The position numbers and the translations under genes are program-made. A stretch of DNA of 62,285 nt, filler included, from Aduncisulcus paluster (taxonomy: Eukaryota), in assembly GCA_024181965.1 (NCBI GenBank). It is 5 parts of 5 records of this genome, joined end to end, with 100 filler letters (N's around TTAATTAATTAA, not from the genome) between each part and the next. Parts side by side here need not be neighbours in the genome. Positions count along the whole stretch, not along the records: positions 52,786 to 58,780 come from BQXS01013242.1; positions 58,881 to 62,285 come from BQXS01013308.1; 3 more parts are not named here. One strand, 5' to 3'. Below, in pieces: positions 57,901-62,285 of the stretch (position 1 is its first letter; every line of letters starts with the position of its first letter). The notes under the pieces are model-generated. The model saw only the letters and a program-made list of their open reading frames with translations. It had not been told where the DNA came from and made no database searches.

Positions 57901-58780
57901 TACAGTATAGTACAGTATAGTACAGTATAAGTATAGTACAGTATAGTAGTACAGTATAGTACAGTATAGTACAGTATAGTACAGTATAGTATAGTATAGT
58001 ATAGTACAGTATAGTACAGTATAGTATAGTATAGTATAGTATAGTATAGTATAGTATCAGTATAGTATAGTATAGTATAGTACAGTATAGTATAGTACAG
58101 TATAGTACAGTATAGTACAGTATAGTACAGTATAGTACAGTATAGTACAGTATAGTACAGTATAGTATAGTACAGTATAGTACAGTATAGTATAGTACAG
58201 TATAGTACAGTATAGTACAGTATAGTACAGTATAGTACAGTACAGTATAGTACAGTATAGTACAGTATAGTACAGTACAGTATAGTATAGTACAGTATAG
58301 TACAGTATAGTACAGTATAGTACAGTATAGTACAGTATAGTACAGTATAGTACAGTATAGTACAGTATAGTACAGTATAGTAGTATAGTATAGTATAGTA
58401 TAGTACAGTATAGTACAGTATAGTACAGTATAGTACAGTATAGTAGTACAGTATAGTACAGTATAGTACAGTATAGTACAGTATAGTACAGTATAGTACA
58501 GTATAGTACAGTATAGTACAGTATAGTACAGTATAGTACAGTATAGTACAGTATAGTATAGTACAGTATAGTACAGTATAGTATAGTACAGTATAGTACA
58601 GTATAGTACAGTATAGTACAGTATAGTACAGTATAGTACAGTATAGTATAGTACAGTATAGTATAGTACAGTATAGTACAGTATAGTACAGTATAGTACA
58701 GTATAGTACAGTATAGTACAGTATAGTATAGTACAGTACAGTATAGTATAGTACAGTATAGTATTATAGTACAGTATATA
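57893..58780 (+). repeat. Simple satellite of AGTAT/AGTAC pentamers, mostly (AGTATAGTAC)n, running to the contig end
   Basis: About 0.9 kb of tandem array read directly. Confidence 0.97.
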
Positions 58781-58880
58781 NNNNNNNNNNNNNNNNNNNN
58801 NNNNNNNNNNNNNNNNNNNNNNNNTTAATTAATTAANNNNNNNNNNNNNNNNNNNNNNNNNNNNNNNNNNNNNNNNNNNN
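58781..58880. other. Artificial contig spacer
   Basis: N-run + TTAATTAATTAA + N-run. Confidence 0.97.
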
Positions 58881-60023
58881 GGAGAGGATATCAAAACTAC
58901 TCTTGGAAGAGGGGGTCTCTTCTTCTTCATCTGGAAGGGCCCAACGTTGGTTTTTGAGCCAATTTAGGATTACGTTACAAGGATCACCGTTCGAGAGATG
59001 CTTTTTCATATTCTTAATGATAACGTCGGCTATCTTATCTAATCCGATTAAATCAATGGAATCTGCGGTGCATTTACCATTAAGAGTCCGAGTACAGACC
59101 AATTCACATATAACGAAGGACAAAGAAGAAGATCTGAGTATTTCAAAATGCTGGAGAATATCGACAGAACTGGGGGGGGTTGGGGGAATTGGACACTTTG
59201 GAAGGGCATATCTGATCGTATTTAGGGCCATTTTAATCATGGCATTTCCAATATGAGACTTAGCATGTCCATCGTTGGGGGAAGAGATCGTTGAGGTTGA
59301 TTCCATATCTGAGGCCTCTCTCGAGCTTTCTGAGACTTTAATTGAGTTGGATTTGGTCTCTATCATGAATAAAACACAGGAACTAAGTATTTCTGCTGCA
59401 AGGAAAGAAAATTGAGAAACACCCATCATTCCACGGGCACATGATGCTAAATAATTCGGGAGATTCTTTATATAGGGGTCAAACAATTTTAAACGCTCTT
59501 TTTCTATGCCTACAATAGGGGGAAGTTGAGAAGAAAGAAGAACTGTATACGCTTCCATGATAGAGGATGAATACGCCGTTATGCTCCTTAAAACATCAAA
59601 AAGATTATATTTTAATGCAACTGATGCTCCGCCAAAGAACAAAATACACTTGGAAATAATGGATACGGCAATACCATGTTTATGAATATTGCAAGAATCT
59701 TTAATAATAGAAATGGATAAAAATGTTGCAACAGATGATAATTCTTCCATAGAAGCAGAGTTAATTTGAGGGATTATCGCATCGAAACAGTCTAATACAC
59801 CTGTCGTGGTGATGTGAGAGAGTATTTTCGGAATAGTAGAAGAAATCGATAATAAAGATGTCCATAGATGGAAAAGTTCACTATCTTTACATAAATCGTC
59901 AATAATTTTACCAATGAAAAATAAGTTAGCACTCTTTTCAAAGACGAAAACTTCCAGTTGGTCTTTCGCCTCATGTAAGGAAGAAAAATCAAGAATAGAT
60001 TTAATCTCGTCTTTCAAATCCAT
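58881..60023 (-). CDS. Hypothetical helical protein, 3' truncated by contig end
   Basis: ORF of about 380 aa from the ATG at 60023 (MDLKDEIK) with no recognisable motif. Confidence 0.65.
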
Positions 60024-60367
60024 TTTTAGACGTAAATTTGTCAATGAATTTGATTTTAATAAAATACAACCGAGAAAAAACCATCAGATTTTGTCTATTT
60101 GTTCAAGAAATGACAATATTCTACAAATATCTTAGTATTACTCAATGATATCAAATAAATTTTATCAAACTAACCCTTATTTTTTTTTTGAGCTATTGTT
60201 TATGAGATTACATCAAAGATTCAAATAGAAAAGATTTACAATTAACATTTTTTATTAATATGAGATATATTCAACGAATTCAACTGAAATGATCTTGAAC
60301 ATAGTTAGCGTGGGTTTTGAAGACGAGCTGAAGAGGGTACTTATCAAACTCTCGTTCAGCGCCTGGA

Positions 60368-61291
60368 CTAAACACAAGAACTACCAGATCCCTTTGTACA
60401 AAGATAGAAAGGAAGGGCATCAATCGCCGAGCCCGATTCAATTTCATATCCAATGTCGTAATCCCCATGTAGAATACAAGGTGCCACATGAGATAAATTG
60501 TAAGATCCATCATCATTTTGATCAGAATTAATCAGAGGAACGGCAACAAATATATATTGTTTGTCCTCTTCCAAATCTGATGGGAAATCAAATGTGAGAG
60601 AATCGCCAAAGGACACTGTATTGGTGGAAGGAATCGATTTTTTGTAATCAGGGAGTAAATTTGTTGGAGATAATTGAGATGGGAAAATAATATCTTCAAG
60701 GATGATAGTAACCCCGTGAATATATAGATTAACGAGAGAAGGGATGATAGAAAATGAAAAAGAGTATATATTTGATAATTCAAGGCTATAGCTCTCATAT
60801 ACAAGCAAAGTCCATTTTAGATCAGAGAAATCACAAGTATCATAAATATCACTGTAAGAAGCTAAATTATTTATAGAAATTGATGATCCAATGTTCCATG
60901 ATATATAATTAACCGAAGCATCGGTCATCTCATCTTCGTAGTATTGAATACGATAAATGTTCGATGGAGAGAAATAGGGTGTAATAAGAAGACCCAACGA
61001 TAAAATAACACTGATCAATGACGAAATACCTCGCCCTTTACCAAGTTTACCATCATTAAATTTGTAATTTGGTCGACAAATGAGAACTAAACTAGAAATC
61101 AACAATGTAATAGAAATTGTTCCAAAAATGGCAGATATTATAATTCTTATGAAAATTGAACTTTCATTATAATTATTTGGCGGCTTCATTACAAATAATG
61201 AAGGAGGAAGGAATATAGAGATTGCAATAACCCCCAAAAGATTAAAAATGGAAACAATAAAAACTAATAAACCTTCTTGTGATCGTTTCAT
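60368..61291 (-). CDS. Membrane protein with three N-terminal TM segments and a likely extracellular domain; may extend to 60280 through a frameshift
   Basis: 307-aa ATG ORF with hydrophobic segments. An overlapping frame continues as FSPGAEREFDKYPLQLVF. Confidence 0.6.
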   Translation of the reverse strand: MKRSQEGLLVFIVSIFNLLGVIAISIFLPPSLFVMKPPNNYNESSIFIRIIISAIFGTISITLLISSLVLICRPNYKFNDGKLGKGRGISSLISVILSLGLLITPYFSPSNIYRIQYYEDEMTDASVNYISWNIGSSISINNLASYSDIYDTCDFSDLKWTLLVYESYSLELSNIYSFSFSIIPSLVNLYIHGVTIILEDIIFPSQLSPTNLLPDYKKSIPSTNTVSFGDSLTFDFPSDLEEDKQYIFVAVPLINSDQNDDGSYNLSHVAPCILHGDYDIGYEIESGSAIDALPFYLCTKGSGSSCV

Positions 61292-61738
61292 TGTTAAAAT
61301 AGCTGTTATTATTAAAGGTCTATTTCAGATTGTCACGAAACTAGTAGTTTCGGGAAAACTTGGATATTTCTCGAAATATAAATTAAATAGCAGTCGATTT
61401 TCGCTTATATTGATTGTGATATTCTTTATTTAAAAAAATTTTGTTATTTTCTAAGGCATATATGCTCCATTCTTCCTCCCACAATCATTGACAAAGGAAA
61501 TAACATTATTATTTCATTTTTTTGATAAAATTAGCTGTTTCGATCTTTTGCGAATCTAAATATTTTTAAATTAGGATGAAATATATTGCTTGGCATGATT
61601 TGATTGATGGATTTTGTTTTTCAAAATATCCTCTTCAATCCACTGAAGTTGCTCAGTTTTTATGCAATATATAAACTTTTTGTTGATATATAGAATGTGT
61701 CAATTCTAAAAATATAAGTTCTAAAAATAATTTTTGCT

Positions 61739-62285
61739 TTGGTGAACTCAATTAATTCCATCATTTTCCCGTGGTGTAATACCTGTTTCAAAACGCCGGA
61801 CAATCTCCGTATCCCCGGATTTGGTCCAAACCTCAGACCAAGAGATAGACCCGACGACCCCTTCAAAGAAACAATCACTCATAGAAGAAGGTGGTCAAAA
61901 GGCTACAAAACGGTCTCTACCGCTACCCAGGTCAGGAAAGAGACAGGTCGAAGGCACAGACCAAGAACCGGCAGCCAAGGAACCGCCTCATCGGGCAATC
62001 CACCAAGATGAGGCGAGTGAAGATTGTGACCACAATGCCAGACATGGATCAAAGGAAGAAGAAACTTCTGGTGACCCCTTTGATCCCAAAGACAAAGAAG
62101 AGGAAGAGGAGGACAACTTCAATACTCCCCGTTCCAAATCTAGATCACCAGAAATTTTTGATGTTGTTGATGATGAAGGTTTAGCTATTTCACAACCTGG
62201 AGGAATGAATGTTCCTCCATTTTCGAACCTTTCATCTTGCGTAAGGGGCTCATGTATATCCCAAGAGACACAGATTCCTGATTCT
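61739..62285 (+). CDS. Probable 5' part of a hypothetical gene (frameshift near 62005, runs off the window)
   Basis: GC-richer open frames read ..GTASSGNPP, then ..DEASEDCD..KDKEEEEEDNF.. to the window end. Confidence 0.4.

Noticed and set aside
57893..58780. Canonical telomere
   Set aside because: The unit lacks the G-run typical of telomerase repeats. Kept only as a satellite of unknown role
29750..58836. TTAATTAATTAA palindrome occurring four times
   Set aside because: Always centred in N-runs and gives stops in all six frames, so it is an artificial contig linker. Genes on either side are not genuine neighbours

Overview
This is gene-dense, AT-rich eukaryotic DNA from an anaerobic flagellated protist. 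PFOR together with BBS2, kinesin-3, a CFAP77-like gene, short GTATGT..AG introns and poly-E/poly-S tracts suggests a free-living metamonad such as an Aduncisulcus-like fornicate; this is inference and is not confirmed. The window is an artificial concatenation of five contigs joined by N-padded TTAATTAATTAA spacers (about 29.75, 46.84, 52.73 and 58.83 kb). It also has three 20-N gaps whose flanks are duplicated, and several single-base frameshifts that look like assembly errors. Recognisable genes are SLX1, GLTP, NAC-alpha, BBS2, a kinesin-3 with a CaaX tail, MPP10 (partial), a MacroD protein, a VPS9-domain protein, GID4, MED7, RPLP2, cyclophilin, DNase II (partial), PFOR (partial) and an intron-containing tRNA-Tyr. 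The most unusual part is the 6-kb contig at 52.8-58.8 kb. It holds a tyrosine recombinase ORF head-to-head with a Ty3/Gypsy-type gag-zinc knuckle-protease-RT cassette, a second related gag, a CACTA/Plavaka-like transposase remnant and a ~0.9-kb AGTAT/AGTAC satellite. A second notable signal is a MEF2-like 10-mer, CTA(A/T)AAATAG, found at least 18 times by eye, in several reading frames and in intergenic DNA.
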